From the IMG/VR virus record IMGVR_UViG_3300020417_001379, positions 5,021 to 69,020 of that record: DNA of 64,000 nt; one strand, written 5' to 3'. Each line of letters opens with the position of its first letter. Position 1 is the first letter of the stretch. The notes under the pieces were generated by a model. It was not told the DNA's origin. It saw only the letters and a list, made by a program, of their open reading frames with translations, and did not search any database. Origin of the DNA: a virus. Shown in pieces: positions 1-10,200 of this stretch. The position numbers and the translations under genes were made by a program.

Positions 1-1
1 C

Positions 2-151
2 ATTCTTGCAGAGATATGCGCGGATTTAGCCGCCGCTTTTTATTTGGAAGACGAAGCAGGCACTATAAGAAGTGAGCAGGGCGGACAGATGCTTAGAGAT
101 AGAGGAACGAGAGACCTAAAGAGGCTTGCCCATTTGGGTGTAGTTAATTAG
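2..151 (+). CDS. 3' end of probable head-tail connector/adaptor (partial)
   Basis: Open frame ILAEICADLAAAFYLEDEAG...LKRLAHLGVVN* read manually; lies between the capsid module (window end) and the tail module. Confidence 0.5.
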   Translation: MLAEICADLAAAFYLEDEAGTIRSEQGGQMLRDRGTRDLKRLAHLGVVN

Positions 152-159
152 GTGATAGT

Positions 160-792
160 ATGGTAAGACAAGAAGGCCAAATAGATGCGGGGCGCTTTCT
201 CAAAAAGGATACTAAGAAGTTATTAGACAAGTTTGAGCGTGGGCAAAAACAAAAAATTGCTAATCTTATGGCCGAGATAGGCAGAAAAGAAATGAAAAAC
301 ACACGCAGTAGGCTTTCTTCACAGGGCGGTCTTGGTAAGCACATAGCCCGTAGTAATAAATTAGTCTCTAAATTAAAAATGAGCGGAGACGCAGGAGATT
401 ACGGAACATTATTTTTTGGTATGGAAGGTAAGATAAGGTCTCGTGAAGGTAGGCTTGAATTAGTAGATGATTTAGCCGCTCTATACGCTTTTGGTAAGCA
501 AAATTTTGCCGCAATAGGGGATGGAGACGGTTCGCACGCCTTTATAGGCGTTGATGCTTTGGGCGCAAGAGATAGATTTCCAATACCCGGATTTATTTAT
601 GCAGGTGTAAGTCCTAACAGACGACCTGCCTTTAGAAGAAGGTTAAAAATAGGGTTTGTATCACCGGATATACCGCCCGCAGACGAATTTTTACCTCAAG
701 CAGAAGAAAATATAGTCAATAGGCTACAAGCAGAAGTGCCCGCCGCTATTAGAGAGGCGTGGGAGCAGAGTGAAAGTAAGAGGAAGCGATAA
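160..792 (+). CDS. putative neck/tail-completion (virion morphogenesis) protein
   Basis: 210 aa basic ORF with GGTGA SD; position between connector and tail terminator. Confidence 0.5.
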   Translation: MVRQEGQIDAGRFLKKDTKKLLDKFERGQKQKIANLMAEIGRKEMKNTRSRLSSQGGLGKHIARSNKLVSKLKMSGDAGDYGTLFFGMEGKIRSREGRLELVDDLAALYAFGKQNFAAIGDGDGSHAFIGVDALGARDRFPIPGFIYAGVSPNRRPAFRRRLKIGFVSPDIPPADEFLPQAEENIVNRLQAEVPAAIREAWEQSESKRKR

Positions 793-793
793 C

Positions 794-1855
794 ATGAGTA
801 TAGCGACAAAAAATCAATATTGGAATGCCCGTATGACGGGAGCAGACCCCGCAAATCCGGGCGGTAATAGCAATGATGTTTGGGCAGGTGGTAGTGGTTC
901 AGCAAGCGGTGGGGATTGGGTAATAACCAACGGTCAATGGACTATAACACCGGACGCTACTGACTTATCTTACACTATATTGGCTTGTTTTTCATACACC
1001 ACAGCACCCTCTGACGGCGCTGTTTTACTTTCTCTCGATAACGGAACGCATAAGGTTGAGTTACAATCTAACGGCACTAATACCGGATTGAAAATAGTAG
1101 GTGCTTCAACGGCTACCTTTTCCGACCTTGATTTAAACCTATCAGATTCGTCTTCCGTTCCTATAATTATTAGATTAACTCTTGAAAACGGCGGTGCTGT
1201 TAAGTGTTATAGATACGAAATAGAAGAAGATGACGATGCTAATACAGATTACATAAGCATAACGGGTGCTTCCGGCTCTTCAAGAGGTGTAAAGTGGGGC
1301 AACACAAGCGGAAATGTAAAGTGGTCTGCTGTTTATTACTCAAAATTCGGTGCTTTTACCCCTAAAGAATTAATCCCATCTGCGTTTGCGCAGGATACGC
1401 AGGTTAGAATGGGTCTTTCGGTAGTAGAACATATTAAAAATAGCACAAAACCGTATTTAAAAACACAGGTAGATGACTCAAACATAGTATATGCCTATGA
1501 TATTTCACCGGATAACATAAGAACCATGCAACCGCCTTCTATTCATGTGTATTTAGACAATATATCATCTCCTTCTTTTGAGGCATTAGGTGGCTCATCG
1601 GTAGAACAAAGGTATGATGTAAGGATATTTGTTACTACAAAGGGCACTAATTACGAAAATGCGTATATGTTAGGTTTAAATATACTCGGCGAAGTATTTG
1701 ATGAATTATACACAAGCACAGGGCTTAGTGGTAATACGGATAATATCGAGGGGTATTCTTGTGAGTTAGACACACGGACGGATAATGACGAGATAACTTG
1801 CACGCATGAGTTAATCATAACATATAGAAGAAGAATCAAGATGACTCGTAGGTAA
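794..1855 (+). CDS. virion structural protein; C-terminal tail-terminator-like domain fused to an N-terminal beta-rich domain
   Basis: ATG at 794; C-terminal PSIHVY...YDVRIFV...ELIITY pattern; immediately upstream of tail tube. Confidence 0.55.
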   Translation: MSIATKNQYWNARMTGADPANPGGNSNDVWAGGSGSASGGDWVITNGQWTITPDATDLSYTILACFSYTTAPSDGAVLLSLDNGTHKVELQSNGTNTGLKIVGASTATFSDLDLNLSDSSSVPIIIRLTLENGGAVKCYRYEIEEDDDANTDYISITGASGSSRGVKWGNTSGNVKWSAVYYSKFGAFTPKELIPSAFAQDTQVRMGLSVVEHIKNSTKPYLKTQVDDSNIVYAYDISPDNIRTMQPPSIHVYLDNISSPSFEALGGSSVEQRYDVRIFVTTKGTNYENAYMLGLNILGEVFDELYTSTGLSGNTDNIEGYSCELDTRTDNDEITCTHELIITYRRRIKMTRR

Positions 1856-1857
1856 AG

Positions 1858-1869
1858 CGTATATTTATA
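1858..1869 (+). promoter_or_regulatory. putative late promoter (CGTATATTTATA)
   Basis: TATA box upstream of tail tube; matches CGAATAyTTAT at 52756 (+) and 52533 (-). Confidence 0.5.
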
Positions 1870-1908
1870 GGACACTTACGGCTTACAGAAAGACATAGAG
1901 GTATCCAA

Positions 1909-3510
1909 ATGGGTGTTGAATGGTTGAATAGGTATGTCGCTCTTGAGAAAGAAGACTCGTATGGGGTAGAACCCGGAGCAGTCTCAAAAATTGTATTGTC
2001 GGGTGGTGGAACAGGATGGTCTTCAAGTGCTACGGGCACTTGGACTATGACTTCTGCTGAAGGTGGAAAAGGTGCAAGCGGAACGCTAACTACGGTTGGT
2101 GGGACTGCTACTACTATTACATCTTTTACGGTTCTTGAGGGCGGACAGGGTTTCTCACACAATGATACCTTCGCTATTGTAATAAGCGGATTGGGTAGCG
2201 GTAATGCGCCTACTATGACTGTATCTATCGGCGGACAGCCGGAAAGCACAGATGGAGCAACAAACGGAACACACAACACTAACGGACTTATCTACGGTGA
2301 AGTAGATGACGAATCCATGAAGCAAACCTTTGAGTTACTTACTCGCTCAGACATGAGCAGACAAGTAGCATCTAAGGCTGTTACAAACACACAATACGGT
2401 GAGGGTTCAATTAACCTTGCTATTCAGCCCGATGACTTTATGGGTAACATTCTATACGCTTTCCTACCTGTTGAAGAAATAGGAACAGGTGTTTTGGAGA
2501 CTGTCGCTATTAACAACGCAGGTAGCGGTGGAACAGCAGGTAACTATATTATTGAAGTTACTTCTAACTCTGCAACAGAGAATGCAGAAGTCGGTATGAC
2601 TGTTGATGGTAGCGGTAACATGAGTGCCGTAAATATTATAAATCCGGGTAGAGGCTTGTCTTCAAGCGGATTGGCGGCTGTATCAATGACTAAGGATAAA
2701 GACGGAAGAGCAACCGGACTTTCAAATGCTACTTTGACTCTTACTGTTGGAACAGATGCTTACAAGCATTACTTTAACGAGCCTACTCTAAGCACACACG
2801 CATACCCATCATACACTATGAGGGTTGGTAGAGAAGGTAAGGAACACACATTCACAGGTATGGTTGCTACTAAACTTGGTATCAGCGCTAACCTAAACGA
2901 ATATGTTATGGCTTCCGTTGATTGGGTAGGTAAGAACGAAGAGTCCCCTACTACTCTACAAACTAATGTTCCATTCGCGGGTCTTAACACAGACGCTCTA
3001 CACTTCGCTGACGCTGAGGTTTATTTCAGCGATAACGCAAGCAAGACTATTAAGGTTCAGCAAATCTCCTTTGAGATTAACATTAACCGTGATAATGATT
3101 CAGCATACGCTGTTGGTAGCAGGTCATTTACTCGTGCCCCACCAACACAGACAAGAGAAATCACAGGAACACTTGAGTTTAACGAGGTTATTCACACTAC
3201 AACCACAGCAGAACCTACATACTCAGAATTGACCGGACAATCGGTTCATATCCTTCAACCGGATTTGGGTAAGGGTGCTATTAGAGTTAGATTTAAGAAC
3301 GAAGCAGGAACAGAATTCCTTGAGTTTGAGTTTTACAATGTAAGGTTTGAAGCCCCCGAAGCATCGGTAAGCGGTAGAGACCCTAACAGAATGAGCGTAG
3401 GCTTCCAAGCATTCTACGATGCAAAGCAAGGTGGCGCTCAGAAGTCCGTTCAAGCAATCCTAAAGGGTGTAGCAGGTGGAGCAATCCAAAACACCCGATA
3501 CAGCGCATAA
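1909..3510 (+). CDS. major tail tube protein with two Gly/Thr-rich inserted domains
   Basis: RYVALEKE..YG start, SYTMRVGRE, TREITGTLEF and NVRFE motifs typical of siphoviral tail tubes; upstream of chaperone and tape measure. Confidence 0.8.
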   Translation: MGVEWLNRYVALEKEDSYGVEPGAVSKIVLSGGGTGWSSSATGTWTMTSAEGGKGASGTLTTVGGTATTITSFTVLEGGQGFSHNDTFAIVISGLGSGNAPTMTVSIGGQPESTDGATNGTHNTNGLIYGEVDDESMKQTFELLTRSDMSRQVASKAVTNTQYGEGSINLAIQPDDFMGNILYAFLPVEEIGTGVLETVAINNAGSGGTAGNYIIEVTSNSATENAEVGMTVDGSGNMSAVNIINPGRGLSSSGLAAVSMTKDKDGRATGLSNATLTLTVGTDAYKHYFNEPTLSTHAYPSYTMRVGREGKEHTFTGMVATKLGISANLNEYVMASVDWVGKNEESPTTLQTNVPFAGLNTDALHFADAEVYFSDNASKTIKVQQISFEININRDNDSAYAVGSRSFTRAPPTQTREITGTLEFNEVIHTTTTAEPTYSELTGQSVHILQPDLGKGAIRVRFKNEAGTEFLEFEFYNVRFEAPEASVSGRDPNRMSVGFQAFYDAKQGGAQKSVQAILKGVAGGAIQNTRYSA

Positions 3511-3519
3511 GGTGATTAA

Positions 3520-3612
3520 ATGAGCAGTAAAGTAACTATTATAGCCTTAGACGCAGACGGCAAACCCTACCCTACAAAGGGGAAGAAAAAGGCGGCTTCT
3601 GAGGAAGAATGA
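3520..3612 (+). CDS. small hypothetical protein (30 aa)
   Basis: GGTGA SD + ATG; MSSKVTIIALDADGKPYPTKGKKKAASEEE. Confidence 0.45.
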   Translation: MSSKVTIIALDADGKPYPTKGKKKAASEEE

Positions 3613-3767
3613 ACGAAAACACCAAAACCTTTACAAACTCTATCGGGGTTTGGGAAATACAGGAAGACGGGAGTATCCGTCTGATTAGAGAGGCCGAAGT
3701 GCCGAAAGAGAAAAAGAGAGTAGTGAAAAAGTATGCCGGTAGCAGAAAAGGAAATAGAATTAAATGA
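3609..3767 (+). CDS. small hypothetical protein (52 aa)
   Basis: ATGA overlap with previous ORF; MNENTKTFTNSIGVWEIQEDGSIRLIRE... Confidence 0.4.
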   Translation: MNENTKTFTNSIGVWEIQEDGSIRLIREAEVPKEKKRVVKKYAGSRKGNRIK

Positions 3768-4089
3768 CGGAAGCAAGATACTTGTTAGGCAAGCATCGGG
3801 TAGAAAGAAAATTAGGATAGAGGCTATACAAGCCAAAGTCTTTAGACAATTCAGACATTATGGTAGTCCTACTGATTGGACTATTGAACAGCATGAAGAA
3901 TTCGCAGACGCTTTAGATGAGCAAGGAGCGGGTATAGAAGCACAGATTGAGGCTTGGTTGCCCGACTGTATTAAAACAGAAGGCGTTGATTTAGACGACC
4001 TAACAACCGAAGAAATAATGACTTTACTAAACTTTGTTAGGGGAGACACAGAGGAAGGGGCAATCCCTTTGGAATCTTCGCAAGAGTAG
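3733..4089 (+). CDS. tail assembly chaperone (gpG-like)
   Basis: 118 aa acidic ORF between tail tube and tape measure; slippery heptamer near the 3' end. Confidence 0.75.
   Translation: MPVAEKEIELNDGSKILVRQASGRKKIRIEAIQAKVFRQFRHYGSPTDWTIEQHEEFADALDEQGAGIEAQIEAWLPDCIKTEGVDLDDLTTEEIMTLLNFVRGDTEEGAIPLESSQE
4065..4071 (+). other. -1 programmed frameshift site C CCT TTG
   Basis: In-frame X XXY YYZ heptamer; the -1 frame is open into ORF 4104-4397. Confidence 0.7.
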
Positions 4090-4103
4090 CGCCCTCTCTT
4101 TGC

Positions 4104-4397
4104 ATGGCCTTCAAGGGCGTATTACCTTCCGATTTATGGGACAGGTATGACCGAGAGGACGGGTTTGACCGTCTTATGTTAGACATTGAAATAGCCAATG
4201 AGATTAATGACTTAGTTAGTGAGGCGCACGCCGACTCTAATAAAAAGGTAAAAGCATCTGACGCTAAAGGCGCAGTAGCACGAAGGAATCAGCGAAGAAA
4301 GGATAGAGAGACATATTTAAGCAACACTAACGACTTCTTTAGTGCCGTAGAGAAAGCAGGCGTGCCTGTGCGAAGAGAAGGTGGAGAGGATGCTTAG
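4104..4397 (+). CDS. tail assembly chaperone frameshift extension (gpT-like)
   Basis: In the -1 frame relative to 3733-4089; directly precedes tape measure. Confidence 0.7.
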   Translation: MAFKGVLPSDLWDRYDREDGFDRLMLDIEIANEINDLVSEAHADSNKKVKASDAKGAVARRNQRRKDRETYLSNTNDFFSAVEKAGVPVRREGGEDA

Positions 4398-7228
4398 TGA
4401 TAGACACTATTGATTTAGGTATTATAACCCCTATAATGTTAGTATTCTGTGGGGTGCTAATGGTTGTTCTCCGAGCGGGAGCATCAAGGGTTTTCTTCGA
4501 TGTTGTAGGAACATTCCAAGCACAAAATATGCTTCAAGATACAGAAGCCGCAGTTACTACAATGAACGCTATCGTTATTGACGGTCTTAGCGGTATGGAA
4601 GAATCCGGCGCTATGGTAGCCGAACAGATGCAAAAAATAGTAGAGGCTACTGTTCCGCTTTCACACGAGTTAGAAATGGCTACGCTTGAATTTCAAAAAT
4701 TCGTAAGCGCGGCTGAGGGCGGGAGACTTGCTGATGAAGTAAAGCAGGTGGGATTGCAGTTTGGTTTTACATCTCAAGAGTCTCTTGAGGCCGGTGCAAG
4801 AATGGCTCAATTGTCTTCTATGATAGGAGAAAACGCCGTTCCTGCCGCTACTGAAATGGCTTTGGCTTTCGGACTTATAGGTGATATGACCCCCGAAACC
4901 GCCATGCTCAAACTAATTAACTTACAGCAACAAACAGCGTTTGTTTTTGACGGCACTACAAAAGCCGCTTACGACCAATTAACTGCGGAAGAGCAGAGAT
5001 TAAAAGTAAGACAAGAAATGGCTAATGTCTTGAATACACTTAACAAAGTAGAAGACAATTCCGCCGCAACAATGAGTAAGATAACAGGTGTAATGAATGA
5101 GTTTGCCTCACAAGCCCACCTTGCCGGTGAAGAAATAAGTATGATGGCCGCTATGTCGGCTACGCTTATTGAGGCCGGTGAAGAGCAAGGTAAGGGTGGT
5201 AGGGCGCTCCGTATGATTTACGCTCGTCTCGGTGCTGATACAAGCGGTGCGGCTTCTTTCTTACAAGAGTTAGGTGTTGAGACGGAAACAGCAGATGGGT
5301 CTTTGCGTGCGCTTTCAGACATATTAGCAGACCTAAACCCACATTGGGAGAAAATGACTGCGGGACAAAAACAGACAACCGCACAAATGGTAGCAGGTAA
5401 CAGACACTATGTTAGATTTATTAAATTGGCTGAAAATTACGAAAGAATACAGCAGTTAAATAACGCTACTATGGGGGATATGGGCGCTGTTTATAACGAG
5501 TCCGGCGAAGCAGTAGGGTTCTTAAATGAAATGATGAACAGTAATGCTGTTGCTTTAGATGCGGCAGAAGCAAAACTTGAGTTAGTAAATGCACAAATAG
5601 GTGATTTCTTTATTCCAACAGTAATAGATGCTACCGAATTTCAAGCATTATTCAACCAAGAAATCTTAAATATGCTTGAGGCTTCCGGTAGTGTAGGCGA
5701 TACATTACAAGGGTTTTTTGAATTCCAACAAATAATGTCTTCTACTTTCGCTCCTTTCTTTAGCGCTGTTATTAATGTAAAGGCAATGAATGTAGCAATG
5801 ATGACGCAAAGACAAATTATGAGAGCGTTAAACGGTGAAACAATAGCCGCTACTACAAAGACTAAAGCCGCAAGAAATACAGAAATAGCGCAAGTAGAAA
5901 GAATAGAGCAACAACACAAAGAAATGATAGGCTTAACCAAACAAGAAAGAATTGCTCGCGTGGAAGCAGACCGAAAGGCTATTGAAGGCAATGAGAAAAA
6001 AATAGCCGCCAACAAAGAACAAAGGGCGGCTATACAAACCGTGATTGCGGCCATAGAAAAACAAGAAATAGTAGAAACCGATTTATTGGCTTTACAAATA
6101 CAAGCAGAAACCTTTAACAACAAACGCAACAGGGCTATGACTCACAGAAAAAAGAATGAGTTAATAATTACTGATGCGGGTTTGATAAAGGGTAAAGCAT
6201 CTGCGCAAGTAAAGGGAACGCAGGCCAAGAGAACCAAAGAATTAGAGATAGCCACAGAAGATTTAATACTGACTATTAACGAAGAATTGCTTTCCTTAGA
6301 TAGAGAGGACGCAAAATTAGAAAGGAGAAATAACAAGTTAAGAGAAAGTGCTATGGTAACTGATATAACAACCGGAGCAGTAATAGGATTAAAACCCGCG
6401 CTTGACGGGACTACTGTTGCTACTGAAAGACAAACGCAGGCTATAATGAAATTGTCTATGTTCACTATGAAAATAGGTATGGCTTTCTTTGCCGCAGAAA
6501 TGGCCGTTATGATGTTCAAAGATTCAATTCCCGGTGTCCGAAGCGAAGCCCACGCCGCAAGAATAGCGTTTATTCTTATGGGTATGGGTATGGCTATAAT
6601 GACGGCAGAAATGATATTTTCTACACAAAGTATGATTGGTAACACAGTAGCAAAAACAGGAAACTCATTAGCGTCCTTTATAGCCGCAGGTGCTAACGCT
6701 ATTCTTACCGCCGCCTTTGGCGCTACTGCCGCCGCTTCTACTGTCGCTACTGCCGCAGTTACCATATTTTCGGGTGTCTTAAGCGGTGGTATAATGGTAG
6801 CGGGTGCTATTGCTATTGCTGTGGCTGTTGATAGATATTTACTGCCTAAACTAAAAGAGACTACTGAGGCGGCAATTGATACAACAGCCGCTTTGGATGA
6901 ATCGGGAGAAGCAACAGCGCAATATGCGGCTGATGTTAATGCCGCTTTCGGTGATATAGACATGAGCGTATTCGATGAAGGCGCAAGTAAAATTAAAGAA
7001 TTCGATAACGCAAGAGAAGAATTGTTCTTTGGCTTCAAAGCAGGACAGGTTACGGGCGATTTGATAAAACAGGTGCAACAAAAAGGAGTAGAAAACTTCG
7101 TAGCCAATACGGAAATAATTATGAATAATACTTTCAATGGTTTAACTACTGATGAATTGGCGGAAGAAGTTATAAGCCAAATAGAGAGAAGGGCAGGCAT
7201 AGGCGGTATCAATACCGCTATTGCATGA
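4397..7228 (+). CDS. tail tape measure protein
   Basis: 943 aa helical Ala-rich protein; TP901-like core (GRALRMIYARL...LQELGV...DGSLRALSDIL); hydrophobic C-terminal segments; start may be a downstream ATG. Confidence 0.9.
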   Translation: MIDTIDLGIITPIMLVFCGVLMVVLRAGASRVFFDVVGTFQAQNMLQDTEAAVTTMNAIVIDGLSGMEESGAMVAEQMQKIVEATVPLSHELEMATLEFQKFVSAAEGGRLADEVKQVGLQFGFTSQESLEAGARMAQLSSMIGENAVPAATEMALAFGLIGDMTPETAMLKLINLQQQTAFVFDGTTKAAYDQLTAEEQRLKVRQEMANVLNTLNKVEDNSAATMSKITGVMNEFASQAHLAGEEISMMAAMSATLIEAGEEQGKGGRALRMIYARLGADTSGAASFLQELGVETETADGSLRALSDILADLNPHWEKMTAGQKQTTAQMVAGNRHYVRFIKLAENYERIQQLNNATMGDMGAVYNESGEAVGFLNEMMNSNAVALDAAEAKLELVNAQIGDFFIPTVIDATEFQALFNQEILNMLEASGSVGDTLQGFFEFQQIMSSTFAPFFSAVINVKAMNVAMMTQRQIMRALNGETIAATTKTKAARNTEIAQVERIEQQHKEMIGLTKQERIARVEADRKAIEGNEKKIAANKEQRAAIQTVIAAIEKQEIVETDLLALQIQAETFNNKRNRAMTHRKKNELIITDAGLIKGKASAQVKGTQAKRTKELEIATEDLILTINEELLSLDREDAKLERRNNKLRESAMVTDITTGAVIGLKPALDGTTVATERQTQAIMKLSMFTMKIGMAFFAAEMAVMMFKDSIPGVRSEAHAARIAFILMGMGMAIMTAEMIFSTQSMIGNTVAKTGNSLASFIAAGANAILTAAFGATAAASTVATAAVTIFSGVLSGGIMVAGAIAIAVAVDRYLLPKLKETTEAAIDTTAALDESGEATAQYAADVNAAFGDIDMSVFDEGASKIKEFDNAREELFFGFKAGQVTGDLIKQVQQKGVENFVANTEIIMNNTFNGLTTDELAEEVISQIERRAGIGGINTAIA

Positions 7229-7238
7229 GCGTGATTGT

Positions 7239-10200
7239 ATGGTTAGAAAAGTTAAAGACAAATATAATGTATGGCTTGTAGGCTACTACGATGACTTCAA
7301 TGGTGCGAGAGCCATACCGAATGACGATAACTCACCGGATAACACAAACATTGGTGATTACTCACACGCTTTTACGCACTTTGGTAATCCTCTTAACGGA
7401 GAGGCAACACTTAACCCTCGTTACAGATGGTCTTATTATGATAGAACCACAGTAAGCGGATACCCAAACGCTGACGAGCCTTATATGTTTTCTCTTGCTA
7501 CTAACAGACTTTTACACAATAAAGGAGCGTTTGAATGGTTATCTTTTGATACTATTAGAAACCGACCTAACAAACAACAAGGGCGCTCACAATTACAATA
7601 TCCCGATGGGCACACAAATACTAACAAATTTAGAATTCACCCATTTACTAACGGTGGTAATGACGCATACCAAATGTTTTCTAATGGGCACGATACATTA
7701 GGTAGATATATAGTCCCTACGGGTGATATTGATAGCACCTTTGGTAGAAGAGATATGCAGGGCTATGGCTCTACTTACACAAGCAAAACAGATGGTAAGA
7801 ATTCTTGGGTTAAAGACTCAGAGATGGGTGGCTCTAATCACGGTGTTGATGACGGCATCACTATGGTTCGCAGGGCACATTTAGCAGGTAAATGGATGGG
7901 CGAAGCGTTTAAGTATAGTAGTGCCTCAGAAGACAAACCGTTGAATGTTTTTGCACCTTTAGAATCCCCTTCCGGTATGCCTTTCTTATGCGTCCAACAA
8001 TACAACCAAACAGGTAGCAACAGCACCCCCTCTATACCTACTATTTATTATGACGGGACTTTGAATTCAAGAGACACGCACGATGTTTTACATTTCCGAT
8101 TAGCGGTTAGAAGTTTTGAAGGAACACCAAATGATTCTGATGCAGGTAAAATAACCCCTAAAGTAACTATCAAGGCGGGATACACAAGTGGGCCAACACC
8201 AATAACTACTTCCGGTGTAACTGATATGGAAGGCGGACTAACAGGAACAGCCGCTATATCCTTTGACCTCGATTTAACAGATTACGATACACACCCTCAA
8301 TTGTATAAAGGTAACGATACTAAATTAACCTATAACAACGATGATTCTTGGATAGATGTTGATGTGGTTTTAGACTATGATAACAACACATACAAGGTAT
8401 ATCAAGACGGTAACTTAAAATCTACAACAGGAAGTTTTACTGCGTCTGCCGAAGACCTATATGGTTGGGAAATATATATGCACCCCGCAAGCGGAGACAA
8501 CAATGTAACTTCAACGCTTATGTTAGATAGAGCGGCGCTATGTAGGCCACTAACAGATGACCCCGCCGATAGAGACCTGCCGCCTTTAGATAACCTTAAT
8601 ATTGAGACTGTAATAAACGGTTATTCTTCCTGTGGATTCAATCTGATAGATTCTGCGGTTAATTATGAAGAGGCGCAATATGGATTTTCAACAGATAATT
8701 ATAGTCATAATTTTACTTCAATGTTTTCCGGTAACAAATTATCAGATTGGGGTATTGTAGTTTTTGCAGGTGCGGGAGAAACCGGAAGTAAAGATATACC
8801 AAGAATAGATAGACCTATATGGAGAGGATTGATAAGTAATATAGGCATTAAAGAAAAAGCAAACACCAATGACCGCATTATATCTTTTGTAGCGCAGGAT
8901 AGTTTATCTCTCTTAGACAAACAAATACCGATGTGGGAATTAGGACAAAACAAAACAAACACATTAGAAACCTTTAGCCCCTATTGGTCTTATAGCGCAG
9001 AGGGTCTAAAAGAAGCAATGGATTTGGGGGCTACTTCCCTTAAGCAATTCGCGGCAAATATAGGAAGAACAAAATTAACTAACCACGAAAACACATTAGA
9101 CCAAAGAACGCAATTACAAACAGGCCACCCTATACAAATGTATAACAATGAAGATGCTAATGGGCCAAATGATTTGGAAGATGATTACGAAGGAGCGGGT
9201 ATTGATTATATTTTTAGAGACAATACCGGAGTAAGAATAGTGCTTACAGGTAATCCAAATGTAGGTGCTTCCGGTAATATAGTTATAGACAATACAGGAC
9301 AGGCATACGATGGTAGAACCTTAGCAATAACAGCGCACCACAGTATAGATGACGCAGGTAACATAGTAACTTATAATTCTGCGCATTCGCAAGAGGTTCT
9401 TACTATTGCTCATGGTTCGGGCACAGGACAAATACCCTTTGTAGATAACTACACAAATCATATAGCATACATAGGAAAATATGTTGGCCCATTAGTAGCA
9501 CATGACGACCCTAATTATTCTTTTGTAAGTTATACAACAGACAGCAATATACCTGTGCTAAGACGCTTTAACAATTATATGCAATTTATAGAAATGAATC
9601 CGGCTACCTTTGAAAATAGTAGAGGTTCTATTGGCGGACTTAGAATAACAAATCAAGGTTCGGGATATACAAAGGAAGCAGGATACTATACTTTGATAGG
9701 TGGCGTAAAGCATAACAGAGGTTTAATTAATTTACCTGCACCTGTTAATCAAGACCCAAGCGCTTACCCATATTGGGCAGGAGAAACAGCAATAGCAGAA
9801 TGGGAGTCAAATTATTCTTACACACAACCTACTTCATCTCCGGCCTCTTGGGAACACGGAATAGATTGGAATAAAGGTGAAATAACAGATGTTACGATAA
9901 CTAACGGCGGTAAGGGGTATTACAGCATACCCGACCTTACAGGCGTAGATAGAGTATTGGGAGAAACAGGAACGGCGTTTTCTAACAACGGTATTAAGAG
10001 TGTTACTGTGAATTCAAGCAACGGTTGGCCTACACAGTCGGGCACAAGCACAGGTTTGGCTACTACTGTTACACAAAAACACATAGTAAGTGGGACAACC
10101 GTAAATCCAAGTAACCCAAACGATTATGGCGGTTATTTCTTCGCAACAAGTGGTAGTCATTCTACTTCTTCTACTAACGATGCTATATTAGAGGTAAGTA

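Noticed and set aside
5641-7212. Long minus-strand ORFs (162 and 356 aa)
   Set aside because: Antisense shadows of the tape measure gene
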